Made by a program: the position numbers and the translations under genes
NCBI GenBank assembly: GCA_964642015.1
Contig: CAZXLF010000005.1
Location: forward strand, 75,847-139,846
Source: an uncultured Planctomycetia bacterium
Lineage (GTDB): Bacteria > Omnitrophota > Gorgyraeia > 2-02-FULL-51-18
Direction of reading: 5' to 3'
Length of the DNA stretch: 64,000 nt
The notes under the pieces: model-generated
Told to the model about the DNA's origin: nothing
Databases searched by the model: none
The model's input: the letters and a program-made list of their open reading frames with translations, nothing else
Shown: positions 48,359 through 58,103 of the stretch, piece by piece
Position numbering within the stretch: position 1 is the first letter of the stretch
Layout of the letters: every line of letters begins with the position of its first letter

Positions 48359-48943
48359 TTACTCTCCCTTTTCTTTCACTGATTGTATTCGGCTTAACTC
48401 GTTCCTCGCGGATTCAAAGCCTTCGTTGATCCATGCTTCACAAACTGAAACTGCTTGTTCCAGAATATTTCCTAACTTTTTTTTCTCATATTTATCAAAT
48501 TTCCCGAGTACGAACGACGTCAGATCTTCCGGCATGCTGTCGTTACCAACACCAATGCGCAATCTTGGAAACTCATCGGAGCCTAAATGTTCAATGATCG
48601 ATTCAAGTCCATGATGCCCACCGGCGCTTCCGTGTTCACGAAGCCGGAGTTTCGCGAATTTTAAATTAACATCGTCGCAAACCACCAAAACATTTTTGGG
48701 TTGTGCGCCGTACTTTCTCAAAAGAGCGAAAACCGCATCGCCGGTATTATTCACAAAGACTTTTGGTTTCAATAAAACCATGTCTTTATGAACTTTAATT
48801 TCGGACTGAAGATTTTTATCTTCAGTCCATCGGATCGACGGCTGCAACTGCTTGCCTAAAGTATCGAGTATTTCAAAACCTATATTATGCCTTGTTTTTT
48901 CGTAGGTTTTGCCCGGATTGCCGATCCCAACGACAAACTTCAA
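48359..48943 (-). CDS. pth: Peptidyl-tRNA hydrolase.
   Basis: MKFVVGIGNPGKTYEKTRHNIGF. Confidence 0.9.
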   Translation of the reverse strand: MKFVVGIGNPGKTYEKTRHNIGFEILDTLGKQLQPSIRWTEDKNLQSEIKVHKDMVLLKPKVFVNNTGDAVFALLRKYGAQPKNVLVVCDDVNLKFAKLRLREHGSAGGHHGLESIIEHLGSDEFPRLRIGVGNDSMPEDLTSFVLGKFDKYEKKKLGNILEQAVSVCEAWINEGFESARNELSRIQSVKEKGE

Positions 48944-48945
48944 AA

Positions 48946-49662
48946 TTATTTCTTCTCTGGTTTTGCCGCTTCTTTAGCTTTTGGTTCTTCCTTTGCCTTT
49001 TCAGCAGCAGCGCCAGGCTTACCTTCTTCTTCCTTCTTCTCACGGATCACTTCAAGCTCAGGCGTCTCCGCTGCGACTTCCTCAACCTTTTCTTCGACAT
49101 GCAGTTTGACCTGGAACAATAAAAGTTCAGGATCCGTCAAAACTTTGATCTTATCGGACAACACGACATCTTTGACGTGTATGGATTGATTGAGTTTTAA
49201 ACCCGACACATCGACATCAATATGCTTGGGAATATCCGTCGGCAAACATTGGATCTTGAGCATTCTCAGCGGATGATCCAACACACCGCCTTCCTGTTTG
49301 ACGCCGATGGGTTCGCCCTGTCCGAGCACTTCGACTTCGACGATGATCTTTTCATTCAATGAGATCTCATTGAAATCAACGTGAAGGATGCTTCGCTTCA
49401 CCGGATCATGCTGGATCTCCTTGATGATCACAGCACGCGGTTTGGCTTTCTTCTCTTTTTCGATCGTCAGATTGATCAGTATGTTCTCACCACCTGCTGA
49501 GTGCACGATCTTTGTGATCTCTTTGTCAGGCACGGTGATCGAAACCGGTTCATCTCCGCGATGATAAACGATGCCGGGCACCAATCCTTGGCCGCGCAGT
49601 TTTTTGACGGCCTGTTTTCCATGAGTGTCTCTTAATGATGCTTTTAATTTTATCTGTTCCAT
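48946..49662 (-). CDS. rplY: 50S ribosomal protein L25/general stress protein Ctc with a Lys/Ala/Glu-rich C-terminal tail.
   Basis: L25 beta-barrel domain. The tail reads ...EEKVEEVAAETPE...KPGAAAEKAKEEPKAKEAAKPEKK. Confidence 0.85.
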   Translation of the reverse strand: MEQIKLKASLRDTHGKQAVKKLRGQGLVPGIVYHRGDEPVSITVPDKEITKIVHSAGGENILINLTIEKEKKAKPRAVIIKEIQHDPVKRSILHVDFNEISLNEKIIVEVEVLGQGEPIGVKQEGGVLDHPLRMLKIQCLPTDIPKHIDVDVSGLKLNQSIHVKDVVLSDKIKVLTDPELLLFQVKLHVEEKVEEVAAETPELEVIREKKEEEGKPGAAAEKAKEEPKAKEAAKPEKK

Positions 49663-49680
49663 TTTATTACCCTTTTCTGA

Positions 49681-50619
49681 TTAATTAAATAAACTACTCA
49701 CCGACGCTTCGTCGTGAATCCTTTTTATTGCCTCTCCCAAAAGCGGCGCAACTGAAAGCACTTTAAATACAGGATCCTTTTTCTCTGCGCTCAAAGGAAT
49801 ACTGTCAGAAATAATAAATTCCTCGATCGCGGATTTTTTGATCCGCTCAACCGCCGGACCAGATAGGATCGGATGCGACACCGCCGCATAAATTTTCAAT
49901 GCACCCGCTTTTTTAAGCGCGGAAGCTGCCTCGCACATCGAGCTCGCCGTAGCCACAAGATCATCAACGATCACAATGTTCTTGCCTTTCACATCACCGA
50001 GAATATTCATGGCCTCCGCTCGACGATCGTCAATACGCCGTTTATCGACGATCGCAAGACTTGCGTTGAGACGCTTGGAGTAAGCTCGTGCCATTTTAAT
50101 ACCGCCAACATCGGGTGATGCAACGACCAAATTTTTCATTTTCTTCTTTGCAAAATATTCGACCACCGTATTCACGGCAAACAGGTGATCCATCGGAATG
50201 TCAAAAAATCCCTGGATCTGGCTCGCATGCAGATCCATCGTCAAGATCCTGTCCGCTCCGGCTTCGACCAAAATATTGGCCACAAGTTTCGCCGTGATCG
50301 GAACGCGCGGCTGATCTTTTCTATCCTGACGCGCATAACCAAAGTACGGGATCACCGCCGTGATACGGCGCGCGGAAGCGCGGCGGATCGCATCCATCAT
50401 GATCAAAAGTTCCATCAGATTGTTGTTCGTCGGCGGACATGTCGGTTGGACAATAAAAACATCGCGCCCGCGCACATCTTCATTGATCTTCACGCGGATC
50501 TCGCCTTCGCTGAAAGTCGTCACCAGCGCATCGCCCAAAGGAACTTCAAGATACTTCGCGATCTTTTTTGCAAGTTCCGGATTCGCATTTCCGGAAAACA
50601 ATTTTAATTGTCCGTTCAC
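49681..50619 (-). CDS. prs: Ribose-phosphate pyrophosphokinase.
   Basis: PRPP synthetase motifs (DLHA.QIQGFF, VIVDDLVATASSM). Confidence 0.95.
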   Translation of the reverse strand: MNGQLKLFSGNANPELAKKIAKYLEVPLGDALVTTFSEGEIRVKINEDVRGRDVFIVQPTCPPTNNNLMELLIMMDAIRRASARRITAVIPYFGYARQDRKDQPRVPITAKLVANILVEAGADRILTMDLHASQIQGFFDIPMDHLFAVNTVVEYFAKKKMKNLVVASPDVGGIKMARAYSKRLNASLAIVDKRRIDDRRAEAMNILGDVKGKNIVIVDDLVATASSMCEAASALKKAGALKIYAAVSHPILSGPAVERIKKSAIEEFIISDSIPLSAEKKDPVFKVLSVAPLLGEAIKRIHDEASVSSLFN

Positions 50620-50620
50620 G

Positions 50621-51940
50621 TTATCTTTTCCTCATCAATCTTTTTGCCGGCACTCCGACAACAACCGCGTTATCAGGGACATTCTTGCCGCGTGTTACAA
50701 CAGCGCCCGCGCCGGTTTTCGCGCCTTTTCCTACAGTAACCGGAGCGACCAAAACAGTCCCGCTTCCGATATGGGCCCTGTCTTTGATCACGGTCTTATG
50801 CTTGTTCTTTCCGTCATAGTTAGCTGTGATCGTTCCGGCTCCGACATTCACGAACGATCCGATCTCCGCGTCTCCGATATAACTCAAATGCTTGATCTGA
50901 GTCTTATTACCGACCTTGGACCTTACTACTTCGACAAAATTGCCAATGACGCTATGGTCGCCGATCTTCGAACCGCCGCGGATCCTAGCAAACGGCCCGA
51001 TGATGCAATTTTTTCCGATGACCGATCGGTCTTCAATGACCGTATGCGGAAGGATCAGTGTATCATGCCCGATCTGAACACCTGCATCAATCATCGTCGT
51101 TTTAGGATCGCGGATCCGGACACCTTTTTCTATCAACTGATCCAAAAACCGCTCGCTCATTAATCCTTCCAACTTTGCCAGATCCAATCTCGTGTTAACA
51201 CCCAATACTTCCTCGCAGTCTTCAGTGATCATCGCGCACACTTTACCTTGCTCGGCGAGTATCTCGACCACATCCGTCAAATAATATTCTTTTTTCTTCG
51301 GGTTTTTTTTGACCTTTGCTAAAGCGTCGAAAAGCTTTCTGCATTCAAAAACATAGCATCCGACATTGATCTCTTGTATTTTTTTCTGTTCTTCGGTCGC
51401 GTCATTTTCCTCGATGATCCTAAGCACGCGGCCGTCTGAATCCCTATGAATCCTGCCGTAACTAAAAGGATCATCCAGCTCTACGGACAAAAGCGTGCAA
51501 TCCCACGATCCCTTATGATGCTTCTCGATCAGTCTCGCGATAGTCTTCTGAGACAAAAGCGGTGTATCACAATACATTACGAGCACTGAACCATTAAAAT
51601 TTTTAAGCGCTGCAGCTGCTTGATACACCGCATGGCCACTGCCCAAAAGATTCTTCTGATAGATCACTTGGCCGCGGCCGCCGATCGCTTTTCGTACAAG
51701 GTCGATCGCGTAACCGGCAATTACAATGATCTTTTTCGCGGCGGTACGCTCGGCTTTTTTCAACAAATGGCCTAACATCGTATCACCGCAAATGGGTTGA
51801 AGCGCTTTCGGCAGCTCCGACTTCATGCGCGTACCTTTTCCTGCGGCAAGAACGATCACCGCCAGATCAGGCAATTTGTTTATTCTCACCTTTTTTTTCA
51901 ATGAGCAGCGGCTGTGCGCGATCAGTGACGGTAGACGCAT
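50621..51940 (-). CDS. glmU: Bifunctional GlmU (UDP-GlcNAc pyrophosphorylase and GlcN-1-P acetyltransferase).
   Basis: [11 protein letters not shown] motif plus a C-terminal hexapeptide-repeat domain. The true start is probably downstream of the ORF-track start, which overlaps clpX. Confidence 0.9.
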   Translation of the reverse strand: MRLPSLIAHSRCSLKKKVRINKLPDLAVIVLAAGKGTRMKSELPKALQPICGDTMLGHLLKKAERTAAKKIIVIAGYAIDLVRKAIGGRGQVIYQKNLLGSGHAVYQAAAALKNFNGSVLVMYCDTPLLSQKTIARLIEKHHKGSWDCTLLSVELDDPFSYGRIHRDSDGRVLRIIEENDATEEQKKIQEINVGCYVFECRKLFDALAKVKKNPKKKEYYLTDVVEILAEQGKVCAMITEDCEEVLGVNTRLDLAKLEGLMSERFLDQLIEKGVRIRDPKTTMIDAGVQIGHDTLILPHTVIEDRSVIGKNCIIGPFARIRGGSKIGDHSVIGNFVEVVRSKVGNKTQIKHLSYIGDAEIGSFVNVGAGTITANYDGKNKHKTVIKDRAHIGSGTVLVAPVTVGKGAKTGAGAVVTRGKNVPDNAVVVGVPAKRLMRKR

Positions 51941-53117
51941 TGATCACGCATTCCTGGATCCCTTGCATGGAAGGAATATCGTACATCACGTTCATCATGA
52001 GATCTTCCAAAATAGCACGCAGGCCTCTAGCACCAGTCCCTTTGCGGATGGCTTCTTTCACGATCTCGTGTAAAGCGTCATCTGTAAACGTTAATTCAAT
52101 ACCTTCCATCTCAAAAAATTTTTTAAATTGTCTTACCAGCGCATTCTTCGGCTTCACAAGAATATTCAGCAAGTCCTTTTCACTCAAATGTTCCAAAACA
52201 GAGACGACCGGAAATCTGCCGATAAATTCAGGGATCAGACCAAACTTCACCAGGTCTTCAGTCTCTACTTTGGATATCACAGACCTGTCCTTCTGAACGG
52301 ATCCGATCGCGTGCGAAGAATGAAAACCGATATCCTTTTTGCCAATACGTCTTTCAATGATCTTATCAAGACTGGAAAATGTGCCTCCGCAAATGAACAA
52401 AATATTCGTCGTATCAACCTGCAGATATTCTGCCTGCGGGTGTTTGCGTCCGCCTTGAGGCGGGACACTCGCTTTAGTTCCTTCGAGTATCTTAAGAAGC
52501 GCTTGTTGAACACCCTCGCCGGAAACGTCGCGCGTGATCGAAACATTATCGGATGTCTTGCCGATCTTATCGATCTCATCGATATAAATAATGCCCATCT
52601 GAGCACGTTCGACATTAAAATTAGCATCCTGCAGCAGGCGCAGGATCACATTTTCAACGTCTTCGCCGACATATCCGGCTTGGGTTAACGTCGTGGCATC
52701 ACAGATCGCGAACGGCACTTTGAGGATCTTGGCAAGCGTCCTGGCTAAAAGCGTTTTGCCGGAACCTGTCGGGCCGATCAAAAGCACATTTGACTTTTCA
52801 AGCTCTACGTCTTTAGTATCAACGATCGCGTTAATGCGCTTGTAGTGATTGTAAACGCTGACAGAAAGCTGCTTTTTCGTTCTTTCCTGTCCAATAACGT
52901 ATTCGTCCAGAATTTTTTTGATCTCAGATGGCTTCGGAAGTTCTTTCAGAGAAAACGTCCCTTGCTTGAATCCTTCCGATTCGCGATGGATCATCTGAGA
53001 GCAGAATCTTACGCAATCCTCGCAGATGTAAACACCCGGGCCGGAAAAAAGTCTTTCATCTTTTCCGGTGACCTTTTGGCAAAACGAACACTTATGCGCG
53101 GTTATTTTCATACTCAT
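51867..53117 (-). CDS. clpX: ATP-dependent protease ATPase subunit ClpX.
   Basis: C4 zinc finger (CSFCQK...CEDC). Walker A GPTGSGKT. Confidence 0.95.
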   Translation of the reverse strand: MSMKITAHKCSFCQKVTGKDERLFSGPGVYICEDCVRFCSQMIHRESEGFKQGTFSLKELPKPSEIKKILDEYVIGQERTKKQLSVSVYNHYKRINAIVDTKDVELEKSNVLLIGPTGSGKTLLARTLAKILKVPFAICDATTLTQAGYVGEDVENVILRLLQDANFNVERAQMGIIYIDEIDKIGKTSDNVSITRDVSGEGVQQALLKILEGTKASVPPQGGRKHPQAEYLQVDTTNILFICGGTFSSLDKIIERRIGKKDIGFHSSHAIGSVQKDRSVISKVETEDLVKFGLIPEFIGRFPVVSVLEHLSEKDLLNILVKPKNALVRQFKKFFEMEGIELTFTDDALHEIVKEAIRKGTGARGLRAILEDLMMNVMYDIPSMQGIQECVINASTVTDRAQPLLIEKKGENKQIA

Positions 53118-53148
53118 AATTTTTTATGCCCTCATCCATGTGGTTTAA

Positions 53149-53219
53149 CTGCCCCGCATGGATTCGAACCATGACTCTCGCCTCCAAAGGGCGGTGTGCT
53201 ACCATTACACAACAGGGCA
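53149..53219 (-). tRNA. tRNA-Gln(UUG).
   Basis: Manually folded. U1:A72 acceptor (TGCCCTG/CGGGGCA) with one U-G pair. Anticodon loop CUUUGGA. T-arm CATGG-TTCGAAT-CCATG. Discriminator G. CCA is not encoded. Confidence 0.8.
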
Positions 53220-53226
53220 AATTCAC

Positions 53227-54120
53227 TTAAACCCTAGGAGGGACAAACCCTTTCTTTCTTGGCCGCGATGCCGTTGAAGCGACAAAAACCTGCCATCCCT
53301 TGTGTTTTCTAAAAAAACTAGCGGCAGCTAAGGCTTTTTTTTGAGAGGAAAAAATCCCAAAAACCGTGGGGCCGCTGCCTGACAAAAGAGAAGCACATGC
53401 GCCATGGCGCAAAAGTAATTTTTTTATTTCTAAAATTTCTGTAACTCTTTTATTAAGAGCACCTTCCAGACTATTAGTTAAGAGCTTTTCGAGAACCGAC
53501 GATTGCCCCTTTTGAATAGAGTGGAGCAGCATTTTAACATTGGCTTTTTTGGGTGTCAAGGAGCTTTGGTCAAGCGATTGATACGCCTTTTTTGTAGAAA
53601 TCCCGAATGACGGTTTGATCAAACAATGCCAGATCTTGATACGAGGTGCATGGATTTTTTTCAAGATCTCTCCTCGGCCGGTTCCGCGCGCAAGCGGCTC
53701 TTCCAGAAGAAAGAACGGCACATCACTCCCTAAAACACTTCCCAATTCAATAAGTTTCTTTCTTGAGAGACGGAGATTCCAGTGCTTATTCAAACCCATG
53801 AGCACCGCAGCTGCGTTGCTTGAGCCACCCCCGAGTCCCGCGGCGACCGGGATATCTTTTTGAATATGGATCACTAGGCCTTTTTCTATTTTATATTTAT
53901 CTTTAAGAAGTTTTGCGGCACGATAGGCCAGATTTTTAGGACCTTTAGGGATTATTTTGGAATTCGTGGTTATCTTAATACCTTTTTTTGCTGCTGTCAG
54001 CGTTATTTCATCTGCAAGACCGATCCGCTCAAAAAGCGTGTCAATCTCATGATAACCGTCTTGTCTTTTGAAGAGAACGTTCAGGTAAAGATTGACTTTA
54101 GCGTAGGATAATAACTTCAC
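53227..54120 (-). CDS. ispE: 4-diphosphocytidyl-2-C-methyl-D-erythritol kinase.
   Basis: GHMP kinase. VKLLSYAKVNLYLNVLFKRQDGYHEIDTLF and PVAAGLGGGSSNAAAV. The start was set to the GTG at 54120, because the ORF-track start overlaps the upstream gene by about 180 nt. Confidence 0.8.
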   Translation of the reverse strand: MKLLSYAKVNLYLNVLFKRQDGYHEIDTLFERIGLADEITLTAAKKGIKITTNSKIIPKGPKNLAYRAAKLLKDKYKIEKGLVIHIQKDIPVAAGLGGGSSNAAAVLMGLNKHWNLRLSRKKLIELGSVLGSDVPFFLLEEPLARGTGRGEILKKIHAPRIKIWHCLIKPSFGISTKKAYQSLDQSSLTPKKANVKMLLHSIQKGQSSVLEKLLTNSLEGALNKRVTEILEIKKLLLRHGACASLLSGSGPTVFGIFSSQKKALAAASFFRKHKGWQVFVASTASRPRKKGFVPPRV

Positions 54121-54121
54121 A

Positions 54122-55168
54122 TCAAGGCGTTGCAGGTCTCGGGACCGCGGCGTCCTTATCGGAAGAAGACTCCTGAGGAAGATTAAAACCGAAAAGCTTG
54201 AAAGCCTCCTGGATGGATTGGGATTCCACGAGGCATCTCTGATAGATCTGGTCATCAGTGATCTTTTTCTGCTGATAATCCAAAAGGACCGATAATGGCA
54301 CAATCAATTTTTTCCTGTTTAGATAATCCAGAATCTCTATTTTATCGAAATCTTTAAACGCATAACTTTTCAAGACGTCGCTTGTTATTCTGAATATGTT
54401 CATAACAATTTTTTTAGGATCATCATTTTTGATCGATATTACCGAAAATCGAAAAGCCCTTTTACCAGGTTCATAATCAAAGAGTCCATCCAATAAAATA
54501 GCATTCCGCGCGATCTCATCAGGGTTGGCATCTTTTGAAAAACTAAAACGTATCCTTTGCACGATCTGATCACTGAGGAAACTTTCCAACTTCACTTCCT
54601 TCAGTACAAAAGAATTTGGATTCTGGGCATCCCGCTTATACCTACCCTGACCAAACACAGTGCGGTTGATCGATTCCTCTATGCCTATCGCGTCCGCATT
54701 GGCTCGTTTGGTATCGTCTAAGGAACGTGTGATCACTAATTCATTCTCATGCTGCTTATCGCGGATAACGACCGTGCAGAAATCTAAAGGAAGATCCGTG
54801 GACAAAGCCACACGCGTTACCGCTTGCATAACCTTGCCCATTGTCTCATGAACATCTTTGGAGACCTGTCCTTTTGCATCAACAATGGAATCAACGTAAA
54901 CAACCGCACCGACAGTCTTGCCTACAACGCGGGCTATACTATTGATGTTGTACTCTTTTCGATCGATATCTTCAATGGATTCGGGAACTTTGGTGGCTGG
55001 ATAACTGTACTTGGGGCCACAGCTGGTGAGAAAAAAGATAAGAGAAAGTAAAAAAAAGACGGCAAAAACCAGACTCTTACCGTCTGACCTCTGTCGTCCG
55101 ACCTTTAAATGAACGCTAAGCTTATTTTGGAACGTATTTTGCAGCAACTCGCGGATTCGATTTCCCAT
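54122..55168 (-). CDS. Hypothetical lipoprotein (lipobox LTSC). Start uncertain.
   Basis: Signal peptide with Cys (FFLTSCG). About 330 aa with no recognisable domain. The 5' end overlaps the ftsH-like stop. Confidence 0.5.
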   Translation of the reverse strand: MGNRIRELLQNTFQNKLSVHLKVGRQRSDGKSLVFAVFFLLSLIFFLTSCGPKYSYPATKVPESIEDIDRKEYNINSIARVVGKTVGAVVYVDSIVDAKGQVSKDVHETMGKVMQAVTRVALSTDLPLDFCTVVIRDKQHENELVITRSLDDTKRANADAIGIEESINRTVFGQGRYKRDAQNPNSFVLKEVKLESFLSDQIVQRIRFSFSKDANPDEIARNAILLDGLFDYEPGKRAFRFSVISIKNDDPKKIVMNIFRITSDVLKSYAFKDFDKIEILDYLNRKKLIVPLSVLLDYQQKKITDDQIYQRCLVESQSIQEAFKLFGFNLPQESSSDKDAAVPRPATP

Positions 55169-56753
55169 ATTCCTTGAAAATCGCTTCGATCTCATCGTAA
55201 TCCAATTCTTCCCGATCGATCAATTCCTTCGCAAAACGCTCGAAGATCACATTCTCTTTTCTGATCAACGCTTCTACGTCTTTCAAACACGACTGAATGA
55301 TCTCATGTGTTTCCGCGTTAAGTTTGTCTTTGATACTGCCTGATAACTGTTCCGCGGGGATGCTGGAATAGTCTCCCAAAGACTCCGAACGTCCCATACC
55401 AAGACTCCATACCATCGTATGGGCTAAACGCATCGCATGTCTAAAATCACTTGAAACACCGCTGGATGTAACGCCAAATTTAACTTTTTCAGCCACATAA
55501 CCGGCGATCAGCGTTTTAATTTCAGCCAAAAACCAATCTTTATTCCGAAACATCTCATCTTCCTGCGGTAAAGAATAGGTCACACCGCCGGCCGGTCCGC
55601 GCGGAATGATCGACACCTTGAACACATCATCTTTCGGATGCATCAGATAGGTAACAAGCAAATGGCCTGTCTCATGATAAGCCGTGATGCTTTTTTCTTC
55701 CATGCTTACTTTTCTATTTTTCTTAAGGCCTAAATCCACGCGTTCCATGGCTTCGGAAAGATGGTCTGCGTTTACCTTGTCTTGTTTTCCGCGTGTCGCG
55801 ATGAGCGCCGCTTCCTTGGTAATGTTCGCAATATCAGCCGGGCTCTTACGGACGGCTTTCCTGGCAAATCTCGCGATATCCAATTTTTCATCATACTTGA
55901 TCTTGGAAAGATAATAACGGAAAAGCTCTTCTCTTTCTGAAAGATCAGGCCTATCCACATAAATCTTACGATCAAAACGGCCCGGTCTCAATAAAGCTTC
56001 ATCAAGCGAATCTTCGGAAGCGTTGGTTGCACCGATGACGATGACGTTCTCATCTTTATCCTTAAGACCGTCCATTTCGGCGAGTAATTGATTTTGGGTG
56101 GAATTGGTCTCTTCTGTTCCCCCGAAAGCACTGAACACACGTTTGCGGCCCACCGCATCGATTTCATCGATGAAAATAATGCATCCGCCGTCGGCATACG
56201 CCAAGCGCCTTGCCTTTTGGAACAATTGCCGTACGCGCGAAGCACCCACACCGACAAAGACTTCAACGAATTCGGCACCGGACATCGAAATAAAAGGTAT
56301 TCCAGCCTCGGTAGCGATGGCCTTGGCTAAATAAGTCTTTCCACAGCCAGGAGGACCCATCATTAACATTCCGCGGATAATATTGCCGCCGATCTTTTTG
56401 ATGCGGGCGCGGTCCTTGATGAGCTCGACCAATTCGCGGGCTTCCATCTTTGCACCTTCCATGCCGATCACGTCCTTCCACTGAATATTAACGCCTTCGC
56501 CTTTTACCTGGCGTTTTTTCAATTTCTGAAGGCCACCTTGCAATACCCACGAGTACAATACGACGAAAATAACAGCGCTGATCGTCGCCTGCAGTCCCAT
56601 TGTGGAAAGCCACGCCACCATGTAGGAGCGCTGATAAGAATCAATGGAACCAAGAGCCGCAATAGGGATCCAAAAAATAAAAATGGTCCATGCGATGACC
56701 GCTATTTTAACCCAATGATTCCACCAGAATAACTTTAGTTTTCTCCAGAACAC
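55122..56753 (-). CDS. FtsH-family AAA+ zinc metalloprotease lacking the periplasmic domain.
   Basis: Two closely spaced N-terminal TM helices with only about 13 aa between them. AAA module GPPGCGKTYLAKA. HETGHLL zinc site. 543 aa. Confidence 0.8.
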   Translation of the reverse strand: MFWRKLKLFWWNHWVKIAVIAWTIFIFWIPIAALGSIDSYQRSYMVAWLSTMGLQATISAVIFVVLYSWVLQGGLQKLKKRQVKGEGVNIQWKDVIGMEGAKMEARELVELIKDRARIKKIGGNIIRGMLMMGPPGCGKTYLAKAIATEAGIPFISMSGAEFVEVFVGVGASRVRQLFQKARRLAYADGGCIIFIDEIDAVGRKRVFSAFGGTEETNSTQNQLLAEMDGLKDKDENVIVIGATNASEDSLDEALLRPGRFDRKIYVDRPDLSEREELFRYYLSKIKYDEKLDIARFARKAVRKSPADIANITKEAALIATRGKQDKVNADHLSEAMERVDLGLKKNRKVSMEEKSITAYHETGHLLVTYLMHPKDDVFKVSIIPRGPAGGVTYSLPQEDEMFRNKDWFLAEIKTLIAGYVAEKVKFGVTSSGVSSDFRHAMRLAHTMVWSLGMGRSESLGDYSSIPAEQLSGSIKDKLNAETHEIIQSCLKDVEALIRKENVIFERFAKELIDREELDYDEIEAIFKEYGKSNPRVAAKYVPK

Positions 56754-56879
56754 TTTTGGCCTCTTTTCCTAATGAATCAAATAAAAAGTAAATATATCTA
56801 CAGAATCTGACTGCCGGTTAACGGTTGCGCGAAAACCTCTAACCGCACAACGGCCACTATGTTAAATAACGCGGACCGC

Positions 56880-56975
56880 CTAACGATCTCTCTTCTTGTG
56901 TCTGTCACGACGGCGTCTTTTCTTTCTTTTATGGACCGCCATCTTATGACGTTTTCTTTTTCTGCCGCAAGGCAT
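56880..56975 (-). CDS. 31-aa Arg/Lys-rich small protein (ribosomal bS22/bL34-like composition).
   Basis: Read by eye: MPCGRKRKRHKMAVHKRKKRRRRDRHKKRDR. AAGGAGAT lies 8 nt upstream of the ATG. It is absent from the ORF track, which has a 60-aa cutoff. Confidence 0.35.
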   Translation of the reverse strand: MPCGRKRKRHKMAVHKRKKRRRRDRHKKRDR

Positions 56976-57050
56976 TAGCAGGATCTCCTTCTTGTTTTTC
57001 GGAAAGCGGTTCTCGCTTGGCGCGGACCGCAGACCGTTTACTGTAAATTA

Positions 57051-57941
57051 TTAATAAATAACCTTATTCAACGGGTACTCTATGATACCTTCTGCGCCCG
57101 CTTCTTTCAACTTGGGGATCAGCTCTCTTACGATCTTTTCATCGATGATCGTATCCACATCAAACCACCCTTTTGACGCAAGATTAGAAACTGTCGGTTT
57201 TTTCATAGCGGGTAAAAGCGAAATAACTCTTTGGAGATCTTTTTCGCTGACGTTCATTTTGAGGCCGACCTTGGATTCGGCGTTCAACGCGCCCTGAAGC
57301 AGCAAAGCAATATGCTCCATCTTCTGTTTTTTCTTTGTGTCGGCATAAGCTTTTTTGTTAGCAATGAACTGTGTGGTCGAATAACAAAGTGTCTCAACGA
57401 TCCTTAGGTTATTCGCGCGCAAGGATGAGCCGGTTTCAGTCAATTCGACGATCGCATCGACAAGACCTGAACCTACTTTAACCTCTGTGGCGCCCCAACT
57501 AAATTCGACATCAGCTTTAACACCTTTTTCACTCAAATATTTTTCCGTAAAACCCTTAAGCTCGGTCGCGATCCGTTTGCCTTTCAGATCCTTGACGGCC
57601 TTGATCGGAGAATCATTAGGCACCGCCAAAACCCAACGGACCGGGTTCATACCTGTTTTGGCATACACAAGCTCTTGGATCCGTACTACCTTGGAACCAT
57701 TTTCTTGTATCCAATCTTCGCCCGTAATCCCACAATCCAACGCGCCGTCTTCGACGTATCTGGACATCTCCTGCGCGCGGATCAATACAACCTCGATCTC
57801 ACTATCATCTATATAAGGAAAATAGGACCTTGAACCGACCGTGATATTGAATCCGGCCTTTTTGAACATCTTGAACGTTGACTCCTGTAAACTTCCCTTT
57901 GGAAGGCCTAATTTCAATTTAAAATTTGTAGAGACAGACAC
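57051..57941 (-). CDS. hisG: ATP phosphoribosyltransferase, long form.
   Basis: [10 protein letters not shown] and [14 protein letters not shown] motifs. A C-terminal regulatory domain is present. The start codon is GTG. Confidence 0.9.
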   Translation of the reverse strand: MSVSTNFKLKLGLPKGSLQESTFKMFKKAGFNITVGSRSYFPYIDDSEIEVVLIRAQEMSRYVEDGALDCGITGEDWIQENGSKVVRIQELVYAKTGMNPVRWVLAVPNDSPIKAVKDLKGKRIATELKGFTEKYLSEKGVKADVEFSWGATEVKVGSGLVDAIVELTETGSSLRANNLRIVETLCYSTTQFIANKKAYADTKKKQKMEHIALLLQGALNAESKVGLKMNVSEKDLQRVISLLPAMKKPTVSNLASKGWFDVDTIIDEKIVRELIPKLKEAGAEGIIEYPLNKVIY

Positions 57942-57977
57942 TTAACACCTTTCACTGTATCATTTTAGATAAAGATC

Positions 57978-58000
57978 GGGGCGCACGCATCGTGCGCCCC
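57978..58000. promoter_or_regulatory. Perfect 10-bp GC-rich hairpin (GGGGCGCACG-cat-CGTGCGCCCC) in the hisG/ppiD divergent region.
   Basis: On the minus strand it sits 37-59 nt upstream of the hisG GTG and is followed by GATCTTTATCT, consistent with a candidate attenuator. A minus-strand TTGACA-N17-TACACT promoter lies about 30 nt further upstream. Confidence 0.3.
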
Positions 58001-58072
58001 CCTATTTAAGACTTATTTATACGTGTCAGAGTGTAACATAGCTAAAAATTATTGTCAACGAACACCGCTTAA

Positions 58073-58103
58073 GCTTGCCTAAGGCAATGGCTTCGGGTAT
58101 AAT
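58073..58103 (+). promoter_or_regulatory. Candidate sigma70 promoter for the ppiD-like gene (TTGCCT-N17-TGNTATAAT).
   Basis: -35 at 58073-58078, -10 at 58098-58103. It lies inside the ORF-track N-terminus of the ppiD-like gene, which suggests the true start is the ATG at 58117 (MLKFLRKK). Confidence 0.3.

Noticed and set aside
53227-54303. Long N-terminal extensions in ORF-track calls (ispE 358 aa, gspJ, gspH, bamA, Gfo/Idh/MocA, rpiB, lpxA, glmU).
   Set aside because: The extensions overlap upstream genes or promoters, and the proteins exceed family-typical length. Internal ATG/GTG starts matching the family N-termini were used instead.
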